NCBI GenBank assembly: GCA_014075295.1
Contig: CP046180.1
Span: 954,458-1,018,457, forward strand
Source: Candidatus Mycalebacterium zealandia
GTDB taxonomy: Bacteria; Desulfobacterota_D; UBA1144; Nemesobacterales; Mycalebacteriaceae
Direction of reading: 5' to 3'
DNA length: 64,000 nt
The number at the start of each line of letters is the position of its first letter. Position 1 is the stretch's first letter. This document shows positions 1 through 8,979 of the stretch, piece after piece. A program made the translations under genes and the position numbers. The notes under the pieces were generated by a model. That model did no database searches. It saw nothing but the letters and a program-made list of their open reading frames with translations, and was not told the origin of the DNA.

Positions 1-491
1 TTCACTATGATGCTTTTGTCCGGAAACTCCTCCGCCATTTGAGGCATAAGTTCGGAAATGTGATTCCAAAGCCCTTTGATTCCCCTGTATTGGTCGTGCA
101 TCTCACCCGGAAAATCAAGCGAAATGGCTATCTGATCCATTCCGGCGTCAAAAAGTTCGCGCGCCTTGCCGATGTCAAGCAGGTCGCCTTTGGTAACCAT
201 TGAGGTGAAAATGTAAATGGAAGTCTCTTTGATTTGGCTGAAAATGTCCGGGAGGTCTTTCCTGAGCATTGGCTCGCCGCCGGTTACAACCGTAACAAGC
301 GGGTTGATTTTCCGCATCACGGGTCGGTAGTCGTCAAGGCGGACTTCGTGGCGCGTCTGCCAGTAATCACAAAAATCGCAGGTCGCGTTACAAAGTTTTG
401 TAACTTCAAGATTCGCAAGTATGGGTCTTCCGGAAGCTCTGGAGTAAGCGTATTTCGCTATACCGGCCGCACCTTCTCTAATCGAAAGCAT
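1..491 (-). CDS. Radical SAM protein (3' part runs off the window)
   Basis: Manual translation from ATG at 491: MLSIREGAAG...LEVTKLCNATCDFCDYW...VVTGGEPMLRKDL, with CxxxCxxC and GGEP motifs; not in the ORF track. Confidence 0.85.
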   Translation of the reverse strand, partial: MLSIREGAAGIAKYAYSRASGRPILANLEVTKLCNATCDFCDYWQTRHEVRLDDYRPVMRKINPLVTVVTGGEPMLRKDLPDIFSQIKETSIYIFTSMVTKGDLLDIGKARELFDAGMDQIAISLDFPGEMHDQYRGIKGLWNHISELMPQMAEEFPDKSIIV

Positions 492-497
492 TGTTGC

Positions 498-567
498 AGA
501 ATATCATACGAGCGGAGCCGTTTCAATCAATAACTCCTTGCGGGCAATCTCGCGCGCCTGTTACAAT
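498..567. promoter_or_regulatory. Back-to-back divergent sigma70-like promoters
   Basis: Minus strand: TTGAAA(526-521)-17 nt-TATTCT(503-498), 6 nt before ATG 491. Plus strand: TTGCGG(538-543)-18 nt-TACAAT(562-567), 7 nt before ATG 575. Both have an extended TGn. Confidence 0.6.
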
Positions 568-574
568 CTGGCTA

Positions 575-2134
575 ATGAAAGCCGCTACAAGAGAGGAAAT
601 ACGCGAGATAGACAGAGCGTCGGTTGATGAGCACGGGATTTCCGTAAACGTGCTTATGGAAAACGCCGGGCGCGCCGTTTGTCTGGCGGCGGAAAGAAAA
701 TTTCCCGAAGCCCGGAAAATAGCCGTTGTCTGCGGAGGCGGCAACAACGGCGGAGACGGCTTTGTCGCCGCGCGGCATCTGGCGGCCAAGGGAAAGAAAG
801 TTACCGTTTACACTTCAAAAAAAACAGCCGAATACTCAAAACAACCCCTTGAAAACCTGAAGTCCGCGGAAAAAAGCGGAATTCCAATCGTTGAAATTGG
901 AAAAGACCCGAAAAAAACACTGGAGAAAAAGATTGTCGGATGCGACCTCATAATTGACGCTCTGCTCGGCACGGGACTTGAATCCGAAGTTCGCGCGGCG
1001 GATGCCGGATTGATAGATTTCATCAACGCTTCAAAATGCCCGTGTCTTTCGGTGGATGTTCCGTCCGGCATAGACTCAAACACCGGAGCCGTTCTTGGCA
1101 AAGCCGTCAAAGCGGACGCGACCGTAACCTTCGTGGTTCCAAAAGTGGGCATATCCATTCACCCGGGGGTTGAGCACGCGGGCGAGATTTTTGTCGCGGG
1201 AATTACAACCCCTCCCCGTTTGGAAGAGAGAATCGCCTGCGAAATTACCACTTACCAGACCTGCGCCGGACTGTTGCATCCGCGAGCGGACGACTCCCAC
1301 AAGGGCACATACGGACACACGCTTGTTCTCGCGGGAGGCGTGGGGAAATCCGGCGCGGCGGTTCTCGCGACCGAAGCGGCGGTCAACGCGGGCTCGGGGC
1401 TTGTAACTCTCGGAGTTCCGAAAAGCGTCCACGCGTCCGCCGAACAGAAAGTTGTTGAGGCAATGAGCGAGCCGATTAAGGAATCGGACGGATGTTTCGG
1501 AGAGCCGTCCGTGCAAAAAGCGAAGGAAATACTGTCGGGCAAAAGCGCTCTTGTAACCGGTCCGGGAATCTCAACATCTGAGCAGACCGCGTTTTTTCTG
1601 TCCGAAATTGTGGCGGCGGCTTCCTGCCCAATCGTCATAGACGCTGACGGCTTGAATATAGCGGCTGAAAATCCCGGCATCTTTGACAAAATCCGGGGCG
1701 AAACCGTGTTGACGCCCCACCCCGCCGAGATGGCGCGGCTCTGCGGAAAAACCACCTCGGACATACAGGCGGACAGAATTGGCTCCGCGCGCGAATTGGC
1801 GGCGCGAACCGGCTGCTTTGTAGTTCTAAAGGGCGCACGAACCGTAACGGCTTGCCCGCAAGGCGCTGTTTTTATAAACCCTACGGGCAATCCCGCAATG
1901 GCTTCTGGCGGAATGGGTGACGTTCTTGCCGGGATTATCGGCGGACTTCTCGCTCAAGGGTACTGCGCGCGGGACGCTTGTATTCTTGGAGTTTTCGCGC
2001 ATGGGCTCGCAGGAGACATTGCGGCGCGACAGTCCGGCGGAGTGGCGGTCAGAGCGGGCGCGGTGTCCGGAGTTTTGTCCGCGGCTTTCGCCGCAATCGC
2101 AAAAGCGGACGGACAGTTTTTCACGGTCATTTGA
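575..2134 (+). CDS. nnr: Bifunctional NAD(P)H-hydrate epimerase/dehydratase (YjeF)
   Basis: LMENAG, GGGNNGGDG, DVPSG, HKGTYG, DADGLN, LTPHPAEM and GGMGDVLAG motifs; start placed at ATG 575. Confidence 0.95.
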   Translation: MKAATREEIREIDRASVDEHGISVNVLMENAGRAVCLAAERKFPEARKIAVVCGGGNNGGDGFVAARHLAAKGKKVTVYTSKKTAEYSKQPLENLKSAEKSGIPIVEIGKDPKKTLEKKIVGCDLIIDALLGTGLESEVRAADAGLIDFINASKCPCLSVDVPSGIDSNTGAVLGKAVKADATVTFVVPKVGISIHPGVEHAGEIFVAGITTPPRLEERIACEITTYQTCAGLLHPRADDSHKGTYGHTLVLAGGVGKSGAAVLATEAAVNAGSGLVTLGVPKSVHASAEQKVVEAMSEPIKESDGCFGEPSVQKAKEILSGKSALVTGPGISTSEQTAFFLSEIVAAASCPIVIDADGLNIAAENPGIFDKIRGETVLTPHPAEMARLCGKTTSDIQADRIGSARELAARTGCFVVLKGARTVTACPQGAVFINPTGNPAMASGGMGDVLAGIIGGLLAQGYCARDACILGVFAHGLAGDIAARQSGGVAVRAGAVSGVLSAAFAAIAKADGQFFTVI

Positions 2135-2147
2135 GGTTTTTGCGGTT

Positions 2148-2597
2148 TTGAAAGGAGAAACGAAAGTTATCACGTCCAACGAGGAGGAAACCGAAAACCT
2201 CGGACGCAAAATCGCGGCGGATTTAAACGTAGGAGACGCGGTTCTGCTCTACGGCGGACTCGGAGCGGGAAAAACTGTTATCGCAAGGGGAATAGCGCGT
2301 GGGCTTGGCGTGGAAGAAATTGTCGCAAGCCCGACTTTTGTAATTATGAACCGCTATGAAACGCGCCTCCCGAATATGCCGCTTTTCCATTTTGACCTTT
2401 ACAGAAATCCCGCGCCCGATGAATTTGCCGGACTCGGTTTTGCGGACATCTTCGCCGGGGAAGGTGTAACCGTGGTTGAATGGGCGGAAAATCTGCCACC
2501 GGGGTTTGCGCGGGACACGGTCAAAATTGAAATCGCGCTTTCAGAAAAAAACACAAACGGACGCGAGATTAAAATCTCCACGCGGAAACAGCCCTAA
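2148..2597 (+). CDS. tsaE: tRNA threonylcarbamoyladenosine biosynthesis ATPase
   Basis: GGLGAGKT P-loop, SPTF, HFDLYR, VEWAE; follows nnr; start approximate. Confidence 0.93.
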   Translation: MKGETKVITSNEEETENLGRKIAADLNVGDAVLLYGGLGAGKTVIARGIARGLGVEEIVASPTFVIMNRYETRLPNMPLFHFDLYRNPAPDEFAGLGFADIFAGEGVTVVEWAENLPPGFARDTVKIEIALSEKNTNGREIKISTRKQP

Positions 2598-3314
2598 TCA
2601 GGCAAGCGACAGCAAATGCCGTGACAGTTCCTCAACTGCGGACATTGCCGGCGAGTGGTCCGTGTCTATCGTGAACACGGGGTCGCAAGGCAACGCGCTT
2701 TGCATCATACGCTGACTTTTGATACTGAAAGTGCGATCTTTTGAACATTCAACATAGGCGCGTTTGACACTGCCAAAATTCCCGTCGCTTATTTCAACCG
2801 GCGTGACCAGAGGAGCCAGCGCCTGTTTTGTGAGAAGCAATTTCGCTTGAGCGACATCTTCGTCCGAACACTGCGCGTAAAGCGCGGGCTTTATCATGTC
2901 ATCTTTGAGGAGAACGGTTTTTTCGTCTTCGGAAACAACAAGGTTGGGAGGAACAAGCGACTCTTCGTCTTTGCTTATGACATCATGCAAACTTTGACCG
3001 TTTTGCAACAGAACCGCCGCCACGTAAACAAGAGTCCGTATTTTGTCCGGACGCCTTTCCGCCACCTGACTTATAATACAGCCCGCCATGCTGTGCCCGA
3101 CCAGAACCACCGGTTCTTTCGCCCGGTCAAGTTGGTCGCAGACGCTGTTGACATAAGCTTCCAGAGTGGCATCTTCGGGTGGCGTCGTATCTTTTCCATG
3201 ACCGGGCAAATCACGCGCTTCCACACTGTGCTCCGCCACTTCAAGCAGAGGTGTCAATTTGTTCCAACACCAACTGCCGTGCCAAGCTCCGTGAACGAGA
3301 ATATAAGAACTCAT
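2598..3314 (-). CDS. Alpha/beta hydrolase (esterase, SABP2/methylesterase-like)
   Basis: LVHGAWHGSWCW, DLPGHG, GHSMAG nucleophile elbow, C-terminal DHSP. Confidence 0.9.
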   Translation of the reverse strand: MSSYILVHGAWHGSWCWNKLTPLLEVAEHSVEARDLPGHGKDTTPPEDATLEAYVNSVCDQLDRAKEPVVLVGHSMAGCIISQVAERRPDKIRTLVYVAAVLLQNGQSLHDVISKDEESLVPPNLVVSEDEKTVLLKDDMIKPALYAQCSDEDVAQAKLLLTKQALAPLVTPVEISDGNFGSVKRAYVECSKDRTFSIKSQRMMQSALPCDPVFTIDTDHSPAMSAVEELSRHLLSLA

Positions 3315-3472
3315 AAAGATTTCCTCCCGGTGGATGAATACCTGACTACTTTACATACTTTTGTGGAAAACGGGGGAACCGCCGCTTTCCGAATGGCTTT
3401 CATACATCGGGAAATCTCCTCTAATCACGCCGGACACTGTTATAATAAGCCCTTTAACAAATGGGTAGAACA

Positions 3473-4717
3473 ATGAGTCTCGTGGTTCAAAAATACGGCG
3501 GAGCAAGCGTTTCCAACATCGGCTCCATAGGAAAGGTCGCGGAAAACATTATCAAGCGCGCAAAACAGGGCAACCGTATTGTGGCGGTTGTGTCCGCGAT
3601 GGCGGGCGAGACCGACCGGCTCACAAACCTTGCACGCAAAATTATGGACCCGCCAGACCGGCGCGAACTTGATGTCATTATCTCAAGCGGAGAGCAGGTT
3701 TCTTCGGGGCTTTTGTGCATGAAAATAAAGTCACTCGGGCATGAAGCGGTTTCTTTCCAGGGACATCAGGTTCGTGTTACAACTAACAATGTGTTCAGCG
3801 GCGCGAAGATAAAAACCATTGACGACAGAAAAATCAGAGAAGCGCTTGATTCGGGAATGGTTGTTGTAATCGCCGGATTTCAGGGCGTTGACGATGATGG
3901 AAACGTTACAACTCTGGGCAGAGGAGGCTCGGATTTGACCGCGGTCGCGGTCGCATCCGTTCTCGACGCAGATTCCTGCGAACTCTACAAGGATGTTGCC
4001 GGAATCTTCTCCGCAGACCCTCTGGTGTGCAAAGATGCGCGAAAGCTGGATAAAATCTGCTACGAAGAGATGCTCGAAATGGCGAGCGCCGGCTCAAAAG
4101 TTCTTCAGGCAAGAGCGGTTGAGCACGCAAGCAAATTCTCAATTCCCCTTCATGTGCGTCCCATGAACACGCCGGAAAAAGAAGGGACGCTGGTTATGGA
4201 GGAAAGTTCGATGGAGTCAATGGAAGAGGCGATAATCTCAGGTGTGAGTTCGGACAAAAATCAGGCGAAACTTACAATCGCGGATGTTCCCGATCAGCCG
4301 GGAATCGCCGCGAAAATCTTCTCGGTTCTTGCGAGCGAAGACATATCGGTGGACATGATTGTTCAAAACATCAGTCATGACGGAGTCAACGACGTTACCT
4401 TCACGGTTCCGCGCGTGGAATTCAAAAGAGCCTCAAAAGCGACTCGCAAACTGTCAAAGGAAATCGGCGCAAGGCAGGTGGAATCCGAAGACAACATAGC
4501 GAAAATCTCACTCATCGGCATCGGAATGAGGTCTCATTCGGGAGTGGCTTCCAGAATGTTCAAAACGCTCGCGCGTGAGAAAATCAACATAATGATGATA
4601 AGCACTTCGGAAATAAAAATCTCGTGCATAGTGCAGGAGAGAGAAACCGCACGCGCCGTGCGCGCGCTTCATGACGAATTTTTCGGCGGAAAAAAGAAAA
4701 GCGGAAAGAAAAAATGA
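3473..4717 (+). CDS. lysC: Aspartokinase
   Basis: VQKYGG, VVSAM, TLGRGGSD and two ACT domains; TGTTATAAT -10 element at 3438-3446. Confidence 0.96.
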   Translation: MSLVVQKYGGASVSNIGSIGKVAENIIKRAKQGNRIVAVVSAMAGETDRLTNLARKIMDPPDRRELDVIISSGEQVSSGLLCMKIKSLGHEAVSFQGHQVRVTTNNVFSGAKIKTIDDRKIREALDSGMVVVIAGFQGVDDDGNVTTLGRGGSDLTAVAVASVLDADSCELYKDVAGIFSADPLVCKDARKLDKICYEEMLEMASAGSKVLQARAVEHASKFSIPLHVRPMNTPEKEGTLVMEESSMESMEEAIISGVSSDKNQAKLTIADVPDQPGIAAKIFSVLASEDISVDMIVQNISHDGVNDVTFTVPRVEFKRASKATRKLSKEIGARQVESEDNIAKISLIGIGMRSHSGVASRMFKTLAREKINIMMISTSEIKISCIVQERETARAVRALHDEFFGGKKKSGKKK

Positions 4718-6294
4718 GCGAAACCGTTGAAATATACGATGTAACACTGAGGGACGGCACTCAAGGCGAAGACATATCGTTTTCGGTTGAGGGAAAACTC
4801 CAAATCACGGAGAAACTCGCCGACCTCGGCGTCAATTACATAGAAGGCGGCTGGCCCGGCTCAAACGACCGCGACAGGGAGTATTTTGAGCGCGCCCTCA
4901 AACTGAACACGGCAAACGCGAAAGTAAGCGCTTTTTCAAGCACCCGCCGCGCCGGAGTTTCGTGCGAAGGGGACGCCAACATTCAGTCGCTTCTTCAAAC
5001 CGGCGTTTCAGTTGCGGCGATTGTGGGCAAAAGTTGGGATTTTCAGGTTGAAACTGTCCTGGAAACCACCGAAGACGAGAACCTCGCGATGATAAGCGAC
5101 ACCGTGGAATATCTTAAAGAGAGAATGGAAACAGTGTTTTTTGACGCGGAGCATTTTTTTGACGGTTTCAAGGCAAACCCGGATTACGCAATTGCCGCCG
5201 CGCGTGCGGCGATTGATGCCGGCGCCGATGCCGTTGTGATGTGCGACACAAACGGCGGCTCAATGCCGTGGGAGGTTGAGCAAACCGTGTTGGAAACGAA
5301 AAAACTGCTCGGCGGAGACCCGCCTCTGGGAATCCACTTCCACAACGACACCGAAAATGGAGTTGCCAATACACTGTACGCCATCAAAAACGGAGTTCGC
5401 CATGTGCAAGGAACAATGAACGGCTACGGCGAGAGGTGCGGAAACGCCAACCTCTGTTCAATCATACCGAACATCTGCTTCAAACTTGGAATGGACTGCA
5501 TCACAAACGGTAAAGTGGAAAAACTTTATGAGACCGCTCATTTCATCAACGAACTCGCCAACCTCAACCCTCTGAAGAAAAAAGCGTTTGTCGGCGCAAG
5601 CGCTTTCGCGCACAAAGGAGGGCTTCACGCGAGCGCGGTTCGCAAAAACCCCGAAACATACGAACACATAGATCCCTCTCTTGTGGGAAACCGCAGAAGA
5701 GTACTGGTTTCAGACCTTTCGGGCAGAGCAAACATCATTTCAAAAGCGGCGGAGTTCGGAGTGGAGATAGATTCAAACGACAAACGGGTTGTGGAAATCC
5801 TGCAAAATCTCAAAGAGTTGGAAAACAAGGGATACGAATTTGAAAGGGCCGGAGCGTCATTTGAACTTCTTGTGAGAAAACATCTGGGCTTGTATAAAAA
5901 ACTTTTCTTTGTGGAAAACATCAAAACCGCCGTTGAGCGTGAGGGCAGAGACGGCAAGCCCATATCGTCCGCGGAAGTTTCAGTCAAGGTTGATGAGAAA
6001 TTTGAAAAAGTGAAAGCGCTCGGAAACGGACCCGTGAACGCGCTTGACAAAGCGTTGCGGGAGGCGCTTGAAAGGTTTTTTCCCACGATTCGGGAAATGA
6101 CGCTCAAAGACTACAAAGTGCGCGTAGTGTCGTCCATCAAGGGCACAGACTCGGTGGTGCGGGTTCTTGTTGAATCGGGAGACGGCACAACCGTCTGGAA
6201 TACGGTGGGCGTCTCGGAAAATGTGGTTGAAGCAAGTTGGAAAGCACTCATAGACAGCATTGATTACAAACTGCTCAAAGACGCGCTCTCCTGA
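4714..6294 (+). CDS. cimA: Citramalate synthase
   Basis: YDVTLRDGTQGE, IEGGWPGSN, FDAEHFFDG, GYGERCGNA, AHKGGLH; ATGA overlap with lysC. Confidence 0.92.
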   Translation: MSETVEIYDVTLRDGTQGEDISFSVEGKLQITEKLADLGVNYIEGGWPGSNDRDREYFERALKLNTANAKVSAFSSTRRAGVSCEGDANIQSLLQTGVSVAAIVGKSWDFQVETVLETTEDENLAMISDTVEYLKERMETVFFDAEHFFDGFKANPDYAIAAARAAIDAGADAVVMCDTNGGSMPWEVEQTVLETKKLLGGDPPLGIHFHNDTENGVANTLYAIKNGVRHVQGTMNGYGERCGNANLCSIIPNICFKLGMDCITNGKVEKLYETAHFINELANLNPLKKKAFVGASAFAHKGGLHASAVRKNPETYEHIDPSLVGNRRRVLVSDLSGRANIISKAAEFGVEIDSNDKRVVEILQNLKELENKGYEFERAGASFELLVRKHLGLYKKLFFVENIKTAVEREGRDGKPISSAEVSVKVDEKFEKVKALGNGPVNALDKALREALERFFPTIREMTLKDYKVRVVSSIKGTDSVVRVLVESGDGTTVWNTVGVSENVVEASWKALIDSIDYKLLKDALS

Positions 6295-6301
6295 ACCCCC
6301 G

Positions 6302-7144
6302 TTATGAAACCGCGCTTTTAAGTCTGTTCCACTCTTTGATGTAATTGTTCAGATGATTGCATCCTGAAGCGGCTTGGATTTCAATCATTTCCATAACAAG
6401 TTCCTGCTCACGCGCGTATTGGTCAGCGTTAAAGAATCCTCCGAAGTGCGCGAAACGTAGCCACAAAAGATAGGTCGTCAGAGCGTCAAACTCGTTGTAT
6501 CTGACTATGTCGTCAATCCGTCCTTCAAGCCACATCGGAGCGACTTCGTTGCCGTCAACACCCATCTTGCCCGGAATACCCGAAAGCCGCGCGAGCTCAT
6601 TGAGTGAAGGCGTTGATTTGTTGCCGCCCACTATGTTCATCATATCCACGTTCCATTCGCTGAAACCGGAAAAATAGTCCGCGCCTTCCCACGGTTTGTC
6701 CGGTCTTTTCGCGAAAGACGGAATGGAAAGCCCGTTTGTAACGGCTCTCTGCACAAGAATTCTCAGGTCCGCACGCACCGAGTTGTAGCCAACCACTTGA
6801 GGTTTGTGTTTGCCGACAGATTCAAGAAAATCGCGGATTATACGGTTTTCGCTCTTTTTGTCTTCCGCAGTCTCGCCAATTTGCGGAAGCGAATGGAGAT
6901 GAACCGTAACATCCTCTCCTTCTTTTTTTCTTGAAACCATTGAGAGGGAAACAACTTTGCACAGAATGGTTTTTAAAAAAGGTCTGGGGTTTTCATCGGT
7001 CGCCCCTCCTCTTTTCCACATCTCGCCCATAACCTCGGCGTCCGGCATATCCTCCGGCAGGTCATAAACAAGCCGTCCGGCAAGCGGGTCAGGAACCCAC
7101 TCAACATCAAAAGCCCATACCTTGTTGTGAACGGATTTGAACAT
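6302..7144 (-). CDS. PolB-like stand-alone 3'-5' exonuclease (DEDD)
   Basis: FDVEW, GYNS..ADL, GIPGK and YNEFDALTT exonuclease motifs; start at ATG 7144. Confidence 0.8.
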   Translation of the reverse strand: MFKSVHNKVWAFDVEWVPDPLAGRLVYDLPEDMPDAEVMGEMWKRGGATDENPRPFLKTILCKVVSLSMVSRKKEGEDVTVHLHSLPQIGETAEDKKSENRIIRDFLESVGKHKPQVVGYNSVRADLRILVQRAVTNGLSIPSFAKRPDKPWEGADYFSGFSEWNVDMMNIVGGNKSTPSLNELARLSGIPGKMGVDGNEVAPMWLEGRIDDIVRYNEFDALTTYLLWLRFAHFGGFFNADQYAREQELVMEMIEIQAASGCNHLNNYIKEWNRLKSAVS

Positions 7145-7151
7145 CCGCGTT

Positions 7152-7373
7152 TCAGGATTTGTCTCTGCCCATATGGCGCAGACAGGTTGAAAGCGCAAGC
7201 ATAGTGGGAGCCCAGAGCCCCACAAAGATACCGAGACGCTCCGCAGACGCTCTAACCTCAATCTCTCCGCTCATTCCACCCTGAAAGAACCATGCGCTCA
7301 GAGAAAGAACAATTGAGACAATCCCGCCGAAGAAAAACAGTTTGCTAAGAAACATGTAGTTTGATTTGCTCAT
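7152..7373 (-). CDS. Small two-TM membrane protein
   Basis: 73-aa ORF with two hydrophobic segments (…GIFVGLWAPT…). Confidence 0.65.
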   Translation of the reverse strand: MSKSNYMFLSKLFFFGGIVSIVLSLSAWFFQGGMSGEIEVRASAERLGIFVGLWAPTMLALSTCLRHMGRDKS

Positions 7374-7480
7374 TGAAAGAAACCCCCGTTTCTGAATATA
7401 AATACTAAATTGAAAATGGCAAAAGCCGCACCACTCCGAATTTCATATGAGTAATCTTTGAATTTGAAAATGAATATCCG

Positions 7481-7568
7481 CGGAGAGGGAGGGATTCGAA
7501 CCCTCGATACCCTTGTGAGGTATACTCGCTTAGCAGGCGAGCGCCTTCAACCGCTCGGCCACCTCTCC
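7481..7568 (-). tRNA. tRNA-Ser(GCT)
   Basis: GGAGAGGTGGCCGAGCGG…CTGCTAA anticodon loop, long variable arm, GGTTCGAATCC; CCA not encoded. Confidence 0.96.
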
Positions 7569-7593
7569 GGTTGGAAAGTTATTCTAACAGAAA

Positions 7594-8979
7594 CTACTCA
7601 TTCGTCCCAAAAGAGATCTCAAGCAGGCGAAGTACGGATTTCCCGCCGTTTTTGACACGCAAAGGAACGTCTTCGGGAATTTCAAGCAAATCCCCTTCCG
7701 ACAAAACTACGCTCTTGTTCGCGAGCGTTGCTGTCGCTTCGCCTTCAAGAACAATCAGACGGCCGGCCGGGGGGTCCGGCTCATACTCCATTTTTTTCTC
7801 AACAGTAACGCTCTTAACCGAAAAACCGCATCCCTTTTCAATTGTTTCTTCAGAACCCCAACCGTGTCTGGAAGAAAAAGGGCGCAGAGCTTCGGGTCTT
7901 TTTTCGCTGATTAGCGTGTCAACAACGGATTTGATTTCCCCGCTGCTTTTTATGTCGGAAACAAACAAAGCGTCCTGCTCTGAGACAATTGCGACATCCT
8001 TCAGTCCGTGAACAACAACCAGCCGCCCGTCGCCGCGAACAAGACAGTTTTCGGACTCCTGAATCACAACATCCCCGCTCAAAGCGTTGCCGCTTGAGTC
8101 CTTTTCCGAAAGGTTGTAGACGGACTCCCACGAACCAACGTCATTCCATCCGAAACTTGCCGGAATAACCGCTCCCAAATCAGTCTTTTCCATGACGGCA
8201 CAATCTATTGATATGTTGGGAGACCGCGCGTAACTCTCCGCATCCGTAACGCCAAAAGAGTTCTCTTTTGAAAGCGCTTTGCGCACCGATGAAAAAACCT
8301 TCGGAGCGTGTTTTTTCATCTCCTCCATCATAACCCGCCCTTTGAAAACAAAGATTCCGCAGTTCCACAAAAAAGAGTCCTTCACATACTTGCGTGCGGT
8401 CTGTAAGTTGGGCTTTTCAACAAACTGCTTTATCTTGAAAACCTTTCCCGAACCATCGTCCGTGTCCACGCCCTTTTCAATATAGCCGTATCCTGTTTCG
8501 GGCCGGGTCGGCGTGGCGCCGATTGTGATTATCAGCCCTTTTTCCGCCGCGGCAATCGCGGTTTTCAAAGCGTGAGACAACTGTTTTTTGTTGCCGATTA
8601 AATGATCGGACGGGGAAACCACAAAAATCGCGTCCTCATCTTCTTCTTCAAATTCGCGCAAAACGCTCATAACTCCCAGAGTGATTGCCGGAGCGGTGTT
8701 TCTTGAAAGCGGCTCGGTTGAAATGTGCGCTTTAACCGGACCAAGATGAGAACGAAGAGCCTTTTCATGTGGCGCACCCGCAAGCACAGTGATTTCAGAC
8801 AGAAAATCAAGCGATGAAAAAAGACCGACCGCCCCCCGGAGAAGGGAATCGCGCCCTTGCAGACTAAAAAGAGGTTTGGGGTAAAACCGCCGCGAAGAGG
8901 GCCAGAGCCTCTTACCGTCTCCACCCGCCATGAGCAGGCAAAAAACGCGCGAATTTTCAGATTGTTCAGTTTCGTTCAC
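7594..8979 (-). CDS. manC: Mannose-1-phosphate guanylyltransferase with degenerate C-terminal cupin
   Basis: MAGGDGKRLWPSSR, EPLSRNTAPA, PSDH, ETGYGYI, FVEKP, WNDVGSW. Confidence 0.9.
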   Translation of the reverse strand: MNETEQSENSRVFCLLMAGGDGKRLWPSSRRFYPKPLFSLQGRDSLLRGAVGLFSSLDFLSEITVLAGAPHEKALRSHLGPVKAHISTEPLSRNTAPAITLGVMSVLREFEEEDEDAIFVVSPSDHLIGNKKQLSHALKTAIAAAEKGLIITIGATPTRPETGYGYIEKGVDTDDGSGKVFKIKQFVEKPNLQTARKYVKDSFLWNCGIFVFKGRVMMEEMKKHAPKVFSSVRKALSKENSFGVTDAESYARSPNISIDCAVMEKTDLGAVIPASFGWNDVGSWESVYNLSEKDSSGNALSGDVVIQESENCLVRGDGRLVVVHGLKDVAIVSEQDALFVSDIKSSGEIKSVVDTLISEKRPEALRPFSSRHGWGSEETIEKGCGFSVKSVTVEKKMEYEPDPPAGRLIVLEGEATATLANKSVVLSEGDLLEIPEDVPLRVKNGGKSVLRLLEISFGTNE

